From Clostridia bacterium (GTDB taxonomy: Bacteria; Bacillota; Clostridia; Christensenellales; Aristaeellaceae), in assembly GCA_017465155.1 (NCBI GenBank), contig JAFTWV010000012.1, forward strand, positions 3,994 through 67,993: DNA of 64,000 nucleotides, written 5' to 3'. Below the pieces are notes generated by a model that saw nothing but the letters and a program-made list of their open reading frames with translations, searched no databases and was not told the origin of the DNA. The position numbers were made by a program, and so were the translations under genes. Shown here in pieces: positions 18,640-27,915 of the stretch (position 1 is its first letter; each line of letters begins with the position of its first letter).

Positions 18640-18997
18640 TGTTTTCCTCCTGATCAAGCCGAATCAGCGTGTCGATCACGTTTCCGGCCTCTTCGTAGCG
18701 CTTCTCCCGCAGGAGCGCTCTGCACTTTTCCAGCCCATCTTCCATGCGCCGGAACCGTGCCGCCATGCCCAGCTTGTCCTCCATGTCGAACATACGCTGC
18801 GCCGCGCGGCTGAGCATATCATGCACGCCCTGACGGCTGATACCAGCCTCCTGAGCGATCTCTGCCAGAGACAGATCCTCCTCGCAGTGGAGCGTCAGCA
18901 CCTGCCGCTGCTTATCCGTCAGCATGCCGCCGTAGAAGGCCAGAAGCCATGCCAGTTCAACCTTGCGGCTGACCTCATCCGTCATCCGATCCTGCAT
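18629..18997 (-). CDS. ylxM: YlxM/UPF0122 putative DNA-binding protein
   Basis: LLAFYGGMLTDKQRQVLTLHCEEDLSLAEIAQEAGISRQGVHD is sigma-70 region-4-like. Located immediately upstream of ffh. The start is uncertain (18997 or 18985). Confidence 0.8.
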   Translation of the reverse strand: MQDRMTDEVSRKVELAWLLAFYGGMLTDKQRQVLTLHCEEDLSLAEIAQEAGISRQGVHDMLSRAAQRMFDMEDKLGMAARFRRMEDGLEKCRALLREKRYEEAGNVIDTLIRLDQEENNGL

Positions 18998-19153
18998 GGC
19001 GACGACCTCATTTCCCGGACTTTCCGGATCACTGTCAAGGACTTTGCATTGACGCTTGATCATTATACATAAAACAGGCATTGCTGTCAAGGGTTTTTGC
19101 ATGACAGTCAGGACTTTTTTCGGAACTTTTCACGGCTTTGTGCACCTTCCTTT

Positions 19154-20362
19154 TCAATCCAGCAGCCCGTCCAGGCGCTGTGCAAGGAGCTGGGCGGTTA
19201 TCTCCTTTTTCAGGAATTGCAGTACATATTTTTCCTTGCCGGTTTCTCCGTTCCTATTTTGACCGAACACATTCCCGCAGCAATAGTATATCCCTTCATA
19301 GCTATGGTACTCCGCAAGCCAGCCTGCATCGATCCAAACGTTTTGAGCGCCATCCTCATAGGCGTACATCCCCGGCTTGAAATCCGCATACAGCCCGATC
19401 GCCTGATGCCAAGGGATACGTTTCGCCCGATCTGCCACAAAACACAGCGCTTCTTCGGGATGCACGGCTGCAGCCGGGATCACGATCATCTCCGCTCGCG
19501 TACAGATCAGCGCTGGCTGCCCGCTGGTCATCCGCATCGGCATCGCATGGGACAGCTCGTAGCTCAGCCCGCTGTTACCCGCACGACCGCCATTCAGACC
19601 GTTGTGGAACAGCACCGGAAGCTGTTCCGCCTGCTGTCCGCGTGGCTCCAGCTGATACAGTCGCTGAGCCACGAAGCGTGTGCGTTTGGCATATTGAATG
19701 AACTCCGGCGTGCTGAAGCTTACTGCCTCCCCGGCATACTGCTGCTGCATCGCATGGCAGGTCAGCAGCAGCTCCATGAGCCAATGGCCGTAGTTGCAGC
19801 TGGCTGTACCGGTGTTCCAATAGAACAGATCCGCCACGCGGGCTGTCGGATGCGCTTCCCGTTCCAGCCTGTCACACCACATTTCAAGAAAGCCGAGCAG
19901 ATCCTCGTAGCTTTGGGGTACGTCTGCTTCCGTGAGTCCTGCAGCGTCCCAACCATCCTGCCGATAGGTGAAGCACAAAGGCTTTGCGTTCGTCGGCAGG
20001 GCAAGGATCGCGCCGTCCTCTTCGGTGACGAGCTCGCGTACCCACCGCGTCATCCTGCTGACTTCATTCGCAATCTCCCTGCTTGCCCGCAGATCGAGCA
20101 GCTCTGATTGCGCAAGGATCATCCGCAGCTCCTTCCCCCAGCCGTTGATATACACTACATCCGCGCCATCCTCAGCGATCCACACCAGCGGGTCGCCCCA
20201 AACCTCATGCTGCACCTGCTGATATGCAACATCCGGATGGGTTCTTCGGTCGTCTGCAGTCTCTTCCATTCCCAGCAGACGCAGCACCGTCTTTTCCGCC
20301 GGGGCGTCATATGGCAGCATGCTGCACAGCACCAGAAACAATGTAAGCAATCGCTTCATCAA
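19154..20362 (-). CDS. Secreted protein resembling an orphan extracellular solute-binding protein
   Basis: Has a signal peptide (MMKRLLTLFLVLCS). Its length and composition are SBP-like, but no permease genes are adjacent. It lies downstream of an ECF/anti-sigma pair. Confidence 0.45.
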   Translation of the reverse strand: MMKRLLTLFLVLCSMLPYDAPAEKTVLRLLGMEETADDRRTHPDVAYQQVQHEVWGDPLVWIAEDGADVVYINGWGKELRMILAQSELLDLRASREIANEVSRMTRWVRELVTEEDGAILALPTNAKPLCFTYRQDGWDAAGLTEADVPQSYEDLLGFLEMWCDRLEREAHPTARVADLFYWNTGTASCNYGHWLMELLLTCHAMQQQYAGEAVSFSTPEFIQYAKRTRFVAQRLYQLEPRGQQAEQLPVLFHNGLNGGRAGNSGLSYELSHAMPMRMTSGQPALICTRAEMIVIPAAAVHPEEALCFVADRAKRIPWHQAIGLYADFKPGMYAYEDGAQNVWIDAGWLAEYHSYEGIYYCCGNVFGQNRNGETGKEKYVLQFLKKEITAQLLAQRLDGLLD

Positions 20363-20444
20363 CTTCGCTCCTTCCTGAAAAGCGCCGGAGAAGGTCTCCC
20401 CTCTCCGGCGCAGGTCGTTCAGTTCATGCAGTCAGCAGGTTCGC

Positions 20445-21575
20445 TTACTTCGCGACCAGCACCACACCCGTATCGGACATGATGGTATTGGGCAGTACCT
20501 CGTCCGTCAGAGTAAGGACATCCGGCAGCTTATCCACGCCGATCATTTCCTCCTGCGTGATCGTAAAGGTCAGGCTTCCGGAAAGGTTCATGCCGCCAGG
20601 CAACGGATTGCCCGCCCCGTCCCGCAGGGTCAGCTCGTACAGCTCAAAGGCGCTCTCGGGGACGTCCATGTAGTTCATCTCGTAAGTGAAGGTCAGATAC
20701 GCGCCGGTGACGTAACGCACCGCATCCACCTTCATCAGCTTGTGGCCGGAGATGACGGTCTCCTGCTCGGGGACGTAGGTACGTTCCTCCAGCACGGGGC
20801 AGACGGGGATGGTCACGGTCTGATCGTAGTCGCGCCAACGTTCAGTGGATTCACCCGTTGCAGCATCAGTCAGCGCCACGTCAAGGCACAGCGGCAGTTC
20901 CAGCGACTCCTGGACGCGGCTCGCGTCAAGCATGGACATGCAGAAGAAGGTCATGCTGCCGTCCGCGTTGTAGAGCGCGTCGATCATCATGTCACCATCA
21001 AGCAGTTCGAATTGCATGTCATGATCCGCGCTCACGCGGTACAGGGGGAGGTTCAGCTGCGCCGCAGCTTCCAGCCAGCTTGTATTTTCGGATACGCCCA
21101 GCCGGGCCGCGTAAGCAAGGCCGTTGTCGCCGTTGGCACGGATGGGATCCGTTGCATCGCTGACATTCGCGCCGGTGATCAGCGCCGCGCTGCCGTCGGC
21201 AGTACGCACATGGATGGCACTGATGACCATGTGGCCATCCGTCAGCAGCTCCGTGGCAGTGAAGGTCAGCGGGCCGACCTCCCAAGTATAGTCCTCATTC
21301 ACCTGCAGCTGCTCATACACGCCATCCGGCACGCCTGTCGTACTATGCCACTCGCCGTAAAAATCCTTCCAGCCCATCAGGCTGCCGGCCGCGACGGCCA
21401 CCGCCATCATGCCCACAATGATCGCCGCAGCAATCAGCACCACACGGTAAGATGCACGCTTCATTTCTTTTTCCTCCTTGACGGAGCGGGCGGCGTTCAT
21501 CAGCGCGTCGTGGCAAAAGTCCGGCTCCGGCCGGAAGGCGTCTCGCAGGTTGAGGTTTTCCATATCGCGCTTCAT
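20445..21575 (-). CDS. Putative membrane-anchored anti-sigma factor
   Basis: ATGA overlap with the ECF sigma stop. Short N-terminus, a single TM helix (VVLIAAAIIVGMMAVAVAAG) and a large extracytoplasmic beta-rich domain. Confidence 0.6.
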   Translation of the reverse strand: MKRDMENLNLRDAFRPEPDFCHDALMNAARSVKEEKEMKRASYRVVLIAAAIIVGMMAVAVAAGSLMGWKDFYGEWHSTTGVPDGVYEQLQVNEDYTWEVGPLTFTATELLTDGHMVISAIHVRTADGSAALITGANVSDATDPIRANGDNGLAYAARLGVSENTSWLEAAAQLNLPLYRVSADHDMQFELLDGDMMIDALYNADGSMTFFCMSMLDASRVQESLELPLCLDVALTDAATGESTERWRDYDQTVTIPVCPVLEERTYVPEQETVISGHKLMKVDAVRYVTGAYLTFTYEMNYMDVPESAFELYELTLRDGAGNPLPGGMNLSGSLTFTITQEEMIGVDKLPDVLTLTDEVLPNTIMSDTGVVLVAK

Positions 21576-22030
21576 TCGGCATCCAGCTCCTTTCTTAGCA
21601 TTTCCTTTGCGCGGTGGATCCGCCCGCGCACAGTGGCCGCAGGGAGACGCAGCGTATCCGCAGCCTCCTGATAGCTCATTCCCTCGGAATAGCACAGCAT
21701 CAGCGGCAGGCGCAGCTTTTCCGGCATGGCCTGCAGTGCCAGTGAAAGCGTCAGGTCTGGCGGCGGTACCTGCGGTTCGTGGATATCCTCAATGGAGACG
21801 ATGCGGCGGCGCTTCTTTGATGCGTCATAGCAGGTGTTGATCAGGATGCGCGTGATCCATGTGCGGAAATACCTTGTATCCCGCAGCGATCCTCTCTTTT
21901 CCCACGCCTTGAGAGCTGCTTCCTGCAGCGCGTCGCGGCATGCATCGTCGTTATGCAGGATCGTATAGGCCACACGGTACAGCATGCCGCTGTGGGCTTC
22001 GATCTCCTGTACGAAGAAATCCTTGTCCAT
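21572..22030 (-). CDS. ECF-type RNA polymerase sigma-70 family factor
   Basis: Region 2 (ACRDALQEAALKAWEK, FRTWITRILIN) and a region 4 HTH (MSYQEAADTLRLPAATVRGRIHRAK). Confidence 0.85.
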   Translation of the reverse strand: MDKDFFVQEIEAHSGMLYRVAYTILHNDDACRDALQEAALKAWEKRGSLRDTRYFRTWITRILINTCYDASKKRRRIVSIEDIHEPQVPPPDLTLSLALQAMPEKLRLPLMLCYSEGMSYQEAADTLRLPAATVRGRIHRAKEMLRKELDAE

Positions 22031-22109
22031 TGGCTCATCTCCTTGTAACGTTACACCCTTTAGACGATTCAGGAGGTGAAATCGTCACGTGCAGTAAAAA
22101 AAGATCAAT

Positions 22110-22143
22110 CAAAAACTGCAGCAGTTTTTTTCACCTGCTGCAG
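22110..22143 (-). terminator. Intrinsic terminator after the PG-binding repeat gene
   Basis: On the minus strand: CTGCAGCAG-gtgaaaaaaa-CTGCTGCAG, followed by TTTTTG. Confidence 0.75.
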
Positions 22144-22154
22144 TCTTCTTATTC

Positions 22155-24875
22155 TTACCAGCTGATGTCCTCGCCGGTCAGCTTCTTCCAGTGCTTACGG
22201 ATGTCGTTCTGGTGGCGTACGCCATTCTTGGTGTCTCCGCTGGAAATGGTCTCCTCCATCGTGCGGGGGAAGTGCACGCACAGATGGCCGTCGAAGTCGT
22301 TGTTATCCAGCGCGCCGGACAGATGGGGCATCGAGTGCATGGAGGCCAGACACCAGGTGCCGTTGGGCAGACGGACATACACGGGCTTCTCGCTCCAGGA
22401 GAACTTGCCGCCCCAGGCTGCCTTCATGATGGCAGTATCGTTAGCCGTGTAGGGCTCGGAGTCCGCATGACGGCCCAGCGAGTACAGGCGCAGCTGGAAG
22501 CTGGAGCCGCTGGAGGGCTCATACACCAGCACGACCTGACCACTCTTGATGGTGGGCTTGATATCGTCATACCACATCAGCAGCTTGACCTGAGACGCAG
22601 AGGGGCCAAAGCCGCTGCCGCCGATAATGCTGCCTGTACCGCTCTCCTCCTCAGGAAGCTCAGTGTCACCGGTCACGCAGTCGCCGGAATACAGCTTGGT
22701 CTGGGTCGCAACGCCAGCCACGCCGTCAGCCGTCAGGCCGTTACGCTTCTGGAAGGCCAGCACAGCCGCGCGGGTCGTCTCATCGTAGTAGCCATTCACA
22801 TACACGGTGTACTTGAGCGTGGACAGCATCTGCTGCAGACGGATGACCGCATTGCCGGTGGAGCCGACGCGCAGGGTTGTGTAGGATTCCGTGCTGGAGC
22901 TGCCAGCCTGTACGCCGCCTGCCGTGATGGCATACAGGGAGAACAGCACGTCATACGTTGCCGTATCGCCCATGCCGGAAACCGTCAGGCCGTTCTTCTC
23001 CTGGAAGGCAGACATAGCTGCCGCCGTCGCGGGGCCATACTTGCCATCTACAGAGCCAGTCAGGTAGCCCAGTGCCTTAAGGCGGTTCTGAACCAGCTTC
23101 ACATCTTCGCCAGTGCAGCCTTCATACAGCACGCGCTGCGGCACCGTCGGGACGCTGACAGAAGGCGTAGGAGTGCTGGCATTCGCAGCTGCGATGGCAT
23201 TGGAGGAGAACAGCTTCTTGTAAGTCTTGGTACCTGCAACGCCGTCAGCAGACAGGCCGTTGCGCAGCTGGAAGGCCGCGACCGCCGCGCCCGTTGCGCT
23301 GCCGAACACACCGTCGACCGTGCCGGTCAGATAGCCCAGCTCCAGCAGACGGGTCTGCAGCAGGATCACATCGTCACCCTCAGAGCCCAGGCGCAGCGTA
23401 CGGCTGGGTGTCGCAGTCACCTGATCCGTCGGAGCAGGCGTGGCGCTGCCGTCAAGGCCGTCGGAGGGTACTGCCACATCGGAGTACAGCTTGTCCGCCG
23501 TGTTGCTGCCGACCTTGCCGTCCACCGTCAGGCCATTGCGAGCCTGGAAGTACTTCACTGCTGCAACCGTACCGCTGCCGTACTTGCCATCAATGGTTCC
23601 ATTGTAGTAACCCAGCAGCTGCAGCTGATACTGCACGGATTTCACATCATCGCCGGAGTAACCGGGACGCAGAATGCGGGTGGGCTTGCCCAGCGGGAAA
23701 TCATCCGGCGGCGTCGTGATAGAGCTGCCGGCGTCAATTGCCGTGCTGGAATAGAGCACAAGAATGGTATTGGGGCCGCACACACCATCGACCTTCAGGC
23801 CATTGCGGGACTGGAAGGCCTTCATGGCTGCGATGGTGCCGCTGCCATACTTTCCGTCGATGGTTCTGGTGTAGTAGCCCAGCTCCGTCAGACGCTGCTG
23901 CACAGCCTTGACGTCATCGCCCTCCATGCCCTCGCGCAGGGTACGGTCACCGGGATTGGCAGGCGCCGTTTCACCATTGGCCAGCGCGCCGTCAGAGAAC
24001 AGAACGCGGCTGGTATTAGCGCCGACCTTACCGTCCACCGTCAGGTCGTTGTGCTTCTGGAAAGCCTTGACCGCCGCTTCCGTACCGCTGCCGTACTGTC
24101 CGTCAGAGGTGCCGGTATAGTAGCCAAGCGTCTTCAGACGATCCTGCGTGTATTGCACGTCAAGACCGGACATGCCCGGACGCAGCGTGCGCTGGGGAAT
24201 GCCATACTGCAGGTTCTCGTCATCGGCAGCCGGAGGCGCGGTCACAATGGGACCGCTGATACAGTTGCCATTTGCATCAAAGTAGGACTCCAGCTTCTTC
24301 AGGGTATGGGGACCAGCCTTGCCGTCCACCGTCAGACCCACCGTCTCCTGGAACTCTTTGACAGCCTTGTAGGTCGATGTGCCGAACACACCGTCCACCT
24401 TGCTGATTTCAAAGCCCAGCGCCTTCAGCGCATTCTGAAGGATACGCACACGGCTGCTCGTCGCGCCGAAAACCAGCTTGCTGTAATTGCCGCCGAAAAG
24501 ACCATTGGGGTTCACAACCACATCACCGCTGTCGCCGCCGGTGGTTCCGGTGCTTGCGCCGGGATTGGCAATGTCGCTCACCTCAATGCCCGTGAGCAGC
24601 TTGATCTGGTACTGCGTGGCACTGCCGGCCTTGCCGTCGGCAATCAGGCCGAAGTTTTGCTGGAAACTTCTGACCGCAGCTTCCGTTCCGTCGCCATATA
24701 CGCCGTCGATATCGCCGGTGTAATAGCCCAGCTGAGCCAGCGCCTGCTGCAGGCGCACGACCGCCGCGCCCTTGCTGTCAGGACGCAGGATCTCCGCCAC
24801 GCCGCTGGTGGTCAGCAGCATCAGCAGCGCCAGCACCATCGACAGGGCCCGCAGGACTCGCTTGTTCATCATCAT
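22155..24875 (-). CDS. Secreted protein with 8 tandem peptidoglycan-binding (PG_binding_1) repeats and an unassigned ~170-aa C-terminal domain
   Basis: Signal peptide MMMNKRVLRALSMVLALLMLL. There are eight copies of the pattern V..LQ..L..LGYY.G..DG.YG..T..AV..FQ..NGL..DG..G..T. Confidence 0.85.
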   Translation of the reverse strand: MMMNKRVLRALSMVLALLMLLTTSGVAEILRPDSKGAAVVRLQQALAQLGYYTGDIDGVYGDGTEAAVRSFQQNFGLIADGKAGSATQYQIKLLTGIEVSDIANPGASTGTTGGDSGDVVVNPNGLFGGNYSKLVFGATSSRVRILQNALKALGFEISKVDGVFGTSTYKAVKEFQETVGLTVDGKAGPHTLKKLESYFDANGNCISGPIVTAPPAADDENLQYGIPQRTLRPGMSGLDVQYTQDRLKTLGYYTGTSDGQYGSGTEAAVKAFQKHNDLTVDGKVGANTSRVLFSDGALANGETAPANPGDRTLREGMEGDDVKAVQQRLTELGYYTRTIDGKYGSGTIAAMKAFQSRNGLKVDGVCGPNTILVLYSSTAIDAGSSITTPPDDFPLGKPTRILRPGYSGDDVKSVQYQLQLLGYYNGTIDGKYGSGTVAAVKYFQARNGLTVDGKVGSNTADKLYSDVAVPSDGLDGSATPAPTDQVTATPSRTLRLGSEGDDVILLQTRLLELGYLTGTVDGVFGSATGAAVAAFQLRNGLSADGVAGTKTYKKLFSSNAIAAANASTPTPSVSVPTVPQRVLYEGCTGEDVKLVQNRLKALGYLTGSVDGKYGPATAAAMSAFQEKNGLTVSGMGDTATYDVLFSLYAITAGGVQAGSSSTESYTTLRVGSTGNAVIRLQQMLSTLKYTVYVNGYYDETTRAAVLAFQKRNGLTADGVAGVATQTKLYSGDCVTGDTELPEEESGTGSIIGGSGFGPSASQVKLLMWYDDIKPTIKSGQVVLVYEPSSGSSFQLRLYSLGRHADSEPYTANDTAIMKAAWGGKFSWSEKPVYVRLPNGTWCLASMHSMPHLSGALDNNDFDGHLCVHFPRTMEETISSGDTKNGVRHQNDIRKHWKKLTGEDISW

Positions 24876-25016
24876 TCTTCCCTCCCGATTCGACCGCCAG
24901 CAGACTTGACGGCCAGATCTTTCCGGGGCCGGTTCTTCCGTATCCCGGTTGCTTTGCCTGCACCTTTGTGCGGCATATTGACCACGGCAAGCGCCGCCGG
25001 GTCATGACTATGTTTT

Positions 25017-25045
25017 AGTATATCACATCTTTTGGCCGTTGTAAA
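25017..25045 (-). promoter_or_regulatory. Candidate sigma-A promoter for the PG-binding repeat gene
   Basis: On the minus strand: TTTACA, a 17-nt spacer, then TATACT. This leaves a leader of about 135 nt before the ATG at 24875. Confidence 0.45.
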
Positions 25046-25062
25046 CAAATATTACAGACATG

Positions 25063-25728
25063 TTACATGTCAAGATATCGCAAAACATCTGCCGGAGACG
25101 CAGCTACAAACGCTGCGCCGCTGTCACGCAGCTCTTTCTCCGTCCGAAATCCCCACAGCACGCCGACAGGATGCATTCCTGCCGCAGCGGCGCAGCACAT
25201 ATCCACAGACGTATCGCCCAGATACAGGATTTTCTCCGGCGTTACGCCGATCTCACGCGCCAAACGGAACGCTCCCGTCGGGTCAGGCTTGACCGGAACG
25301 CCCTCCACCTGTCCGCGAACCAGAGTCCACGGGACGTCAGGGAAGAAATGGGCAACCACATTCTTCGTGTCAGCGTCCGGCTTGTTGGACAGCACCGTCA
25401 GCTTCATGCCTCTTTGGGCCAGCGCTTCCAGCAGCTCCGGAATCCCGTCATATGGCTTCGTTGCTATCAGCGCATGATCCTGATAATATGCCTGATATTC
25501 CCTGCGCACCGACGGGGCAAGCTCCATTCTGTCCCGCACGCAGCGCTCAGACAGCGTCTTTGCGCCGTTGCCCACAAGGTACTTGTACGCTTCGACAGGC
25601 CATTGCGGCAGCCCGTGCATTGCAAGCGCGCGATTCATGGCGTTTGCAATGTCTGTCAGGGTGTCCGTCAGCGTTCCGTCCAGATCAAAAAGGACTGCTT
25701 CAAACAAATAGATCCTCTCCTGTCGCAT
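25063..25728 (-). CDS. HAD-superfamily hydrolase (phosphoglycolate phosphatase-like)
   Basis: DLDGTLTD motif I, SNK motif and GDTSVD motif IV. Confidence 0.85.
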   Translation of the reverse strand: MRQERIYLFEAVLFDLDGTLTDTLTDIANAMNRALAMHGLPQWPVEAYKYLVGNGAKTLSERCVRDRMELAPSVRREYQAYYQDHALIATKPYDGIPELLEALAQRGMKLTVLSNKPDADTKNVVAHFFPDVPWTLVRGQVEGVPVKPDPTGAFRLAREIGVTPEKILYLGDTSVDMCCAAAAGMHPVGVLWGFRTEKELRDSGAAFVAASPADVLRYLDM

Positions 25729-25794
25729 ACTTTTGTGGAATATCCCTTCCTCCGCCCTGCCATACTGACAGCAAAACGAAAGGAGTCATTTACC

Positions 25795-26424
25795 ATGCCT
25801 GACATGAACGGACAAAACGATCAATACCGCCGTCCCCGCCCCCATTTTTCCGATGAAAAGACTGAGGTACGCGCCACCATCGACCGCCGCCAGCTGCTCG
25901 CCGGATGCGCGATGTTACTGGGTTTGACGCTGCTCATGATCGTCGGACTGACGCCCCGGAGCCGCACCGCCATCCCTGACGCTGCGCCCGAAGCTGCACA
26001 GGTACAGAGCGACTCCGCCTCAACCCTCAGCGCCGATTGTCAGGTCATCCAGCATCTGACCTTCACCCCCTGCGGTCACGACATGACACGTCGTCAGTCC
26101 CTGCCTGTCGAGCTGGCCGGCAAAACCCGGCAGGAGCTGACCGCCGCCTATGACGCGTGGCAGGTAACCTCCTTTGCCTCTGCAGAGGTGGTGATGGTGC
26201 AGTCCCTTGACATGTACTGTCCCGAGCATATGGTGCTCATGCCCGACGAAGGCGGCAGCCTATGCATCTTTCAGAATCGGTACGGCGATGCACTGGCTCT
26301 GGTGAAGGAGCTCGCCATCCCTCTGAATGAGCTGCCGGACGACGTGCAGAACGAAGTCCGTCAGGGCAAGGGCTTCGATTCCCTCGATGCGCTGGAAAAG
26401 TGGCTGGAAAGCGCTGAATCATAA
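25795..26424 (+). CDS. Membrane-anchored hypothetical protein, possibly BofC C-terminal-domain-like
   Basis: AGGAG RBS, an N-terminal TM helix (LLAGCAMLLGLTLLMIVGL) and a C-terminal segment (CPEHMVLMPDEGGSLCIFQN). The family assignment is tentative. Confidence 0.45.
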   Translation: MPDMNGQNDQYRRPRPHFSDEKTEVRATIDRRQLLAGCAMLLGLTLLMIVGLTPRSRTAIPDAAPEAAQVQSDSASTLSADCQVIQHLTFTPCGHDMTRRQSLPVELAGKTRQELTAAYDAWQVTSFASAEVVMVQSLDMYCPEHMVLMPDEGGSLCIFQNRYGDALALVKELAIPLNELPDDVQNEVRQGKGFDSLDALEKWLESAES

Positions 26425-26520
26425 CCGCTCATACAGAAGCATCCACCGGGAAGATCTCAGCTTCTCAGTGGATGCTTCATTGACCGTTATTGAATGCTTT
26501 TCCTGTCCCACAGGACACCC

Positions 26521-27741
26521 TTATGCGTCAACCTCCAGCAGACGGCCCATGATGTACCGCCCCTCCGGCAGCCATTCGCCGCCGGCAGCAGTCTCCTCAT
26601 CCAGACGGGCTGCAGTTCCGGGCCTGCGGCTGTCATAGATGGCATAGGGAACGGGCTTTCCGTCGTGGGTACGGGTAGACATCAGCGTCTTGTGATCGCT
26701 CAGCAGCAGGATGCGGAAGTCGCCCAGCTCCGGCAGCTTCTCCAGCAGGGGCTTGATGACCAGCTTGTCCAACCGGCGGATCGCCTCAAGCTTCTCGGGC
26801 AGCTTGCCCGCATGGGTCATCTCATCCGGCGCTTCCACATGGATGGCTGCGAAATCGTCGCCATTCTTCAGCGCATCAATCGCCGCATCTACCTTGCCTG
26901 CATAGTTCGTGTCCAAATCACCATTGGCGCCCTCGACCGTAGGATGCTTCAGACCCGCCAGCTCCGCAATTCCCCATACCAGCGGCACAGCAGAGATCAC
27001 CGTACCCGTGCGGCCATACTTCTCCACAAAGCTGTCCAGCAGCATCGCGCGGCCGGCGCCCCAGGGCCAGATCATGTTGGCAGGCAGCTTTCCTGCTGCA
27101 ATGCGGGCCTTGTTGATGGGATGATCCTTGAGCACCTCATAGGAGGCCTTCATCAGCGCAGTGATCTCTTCCTTCATCGCGCCGGTGGGATAGTACAGGC
27201 CCACATCCTGCTCCAGCACATTGTGGGGCTCAGTAGTCTGGAAGACCGCGCTTTCGTCCACATCCGCAAATACGCCGATATGACGGAACGTGCGGCTCAC
27301 ATGGACGGTCAGCTTCGCTGCTTCCTTCGCGGGCTGGAAACGCGGATCAGCCAGCAGATCGTTCATGAGGGTCTCAGCTTCGTCGCCCTCAATGTTGCCG
27401 CCGTTGTGGCTGTGGATGATCAGCTTGCCGTCCATCTCCTCCACGGCACAGAGATTGACGCGCATGGACACCTCGCCCTTCTTGAGCGTCACGCCCACGC
27501 CCGCAGCTTCCAGAACGCTGCGGCCTGTATAGCTCCAGCGGGGATCATAGCCGAAGATGTTCAGGATGGCCGTGTCGCTGCCAGCGGGGACGCCCTCAGG
27601 AACCGTCTGGCAGGTGCCGGTTTCACTCCCGGCCAGAACGCCGAAATAAGGCAGGTCAAGGTATTCCAGCGGTGTTTTGCCGCCCAGCTCCGGTACTGCG
27701 TCGTCACTCATGCCATCGCCGATCACAAGGATATATTTCAT
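26521..27741 (-). CDS. Cofactor-independent phosphoglycerate mutase (ApgM/archaeal-type metalloenzyme family)
   Basis: MKYILVIGDGMSD start and the DSFVEKYG, HVEAPDEMTHAG and LLLSDH metal-site motifs. Confidence 0.8.
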   Translation of the reverse strand: MKYILVIGDGMSDDAVPELGGKTPLEYLDLPYFGVLAGSETGTCQTVPEGVPAGSDTAILNIFGYDPRWSYTGRSVLEAAGVGVTLKKGEVSMRVNLCAVEEMDGKLIIHSHNGGNIEGDEAETLMNDLLADPRFQPAKEAAKLTVHVSRTFRHIGVFADVDESAVFQTTEPHNVLEQDVGLYYPTGAMKEEITALMKASYEVLKDHPINKARIAAGKLPANMIWPWGAGRAMLLDSFVEKYGRTGTVISAVPLVWGIAELAGLKHPTVEGANGDLDTNYAGKVDAAIDALKNGDDFAAIHVEAPDEMTHAGKLPEKLEAIRRLDKLVIKPLLEKLPELGDFRILLLSDHKTLMSTRTHDGKPVPYAIYDSRRPGTAARLDEETAAGGEWLPEGRYIMGRLLEVDA

Positions 27742-27857
27742 ATGGTTCGCTCCCTTCCAGCGTTGTATGCAACGTATCACGCACTATTGTAATCCATCGG
27801 CGGCAGATTGTCGAGGGGAAGTACACGAAAAGGACAAGGCAAATGCCATCTGCCGCG

Positions 27858-27886
27858 TTGACAGAACAACTCCATCACGATACAAT
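27858..27886 (+). promoter_or_regulatory. Sigma-A type promoter
   Basis: TTGACA, a 17-nt spacer, then TACAAT, about 30 nt upstream of the ATG at 27916. Confidence 0.55.
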
Positions 27887-27915
27887 GAAAAAAAATACGT
27901 AAAGGATGATTCACC

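Noticed and set aside
22191-25007. Very long antisense ORFs. Examples: 938 aa at 22191-25007; 952 aa at 37908-40766; 671 aa at 57781-59796; 595 aa at 11179-12966; 564 aa at 40285-41979; 542 aa at 31728-33356; 526 aa at 34060-35640; 511 aa at 17278-18813; 486 aa at 48749-50209; 431 aa at 573-1868.
   Set aside because: Each lies opposite a gene with clear conserved motifs, and some span several independent genes and intergenic regions. Their translations are Ala/Gly/Arg/His/Leu/Gln-rich low complexity with no recognisable domains or RBS. In high-GC genomes the sense-strand codons TTA, CTA and TCA are rare, so the codon-aligned antisense frame rarely meets a stop. I treat these as shadow ORFs. 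Ribosome profiling would be needed to claim otherwise.
24876-25016. Possible c-di-AMP (ydaO-type) riboswitch upstream of the PG-binding protein gene.
   Set aside because: I could find only loose fragments (GAATC, GGGAGGG). The paired conserved blocks of the ydaO motif, as I remember them (GGGGGACCCA, GGGGUGAAUCC, CCCGAACCCGUCAGCUAACC), are not present. I kept it only as an unclassified structured leader.
26436-26478. Hairpin GAAGCATCCAC...GTGGATGCTTC between 25795-26424 (+) and apgM (-), as a terminator.
   Set aside because: It has a perfect 11-bp stem, but a 21-nt loop and no convincing U-tract on either strand. It is probably a convergent-gene terminator but is too weak to list as a feature.
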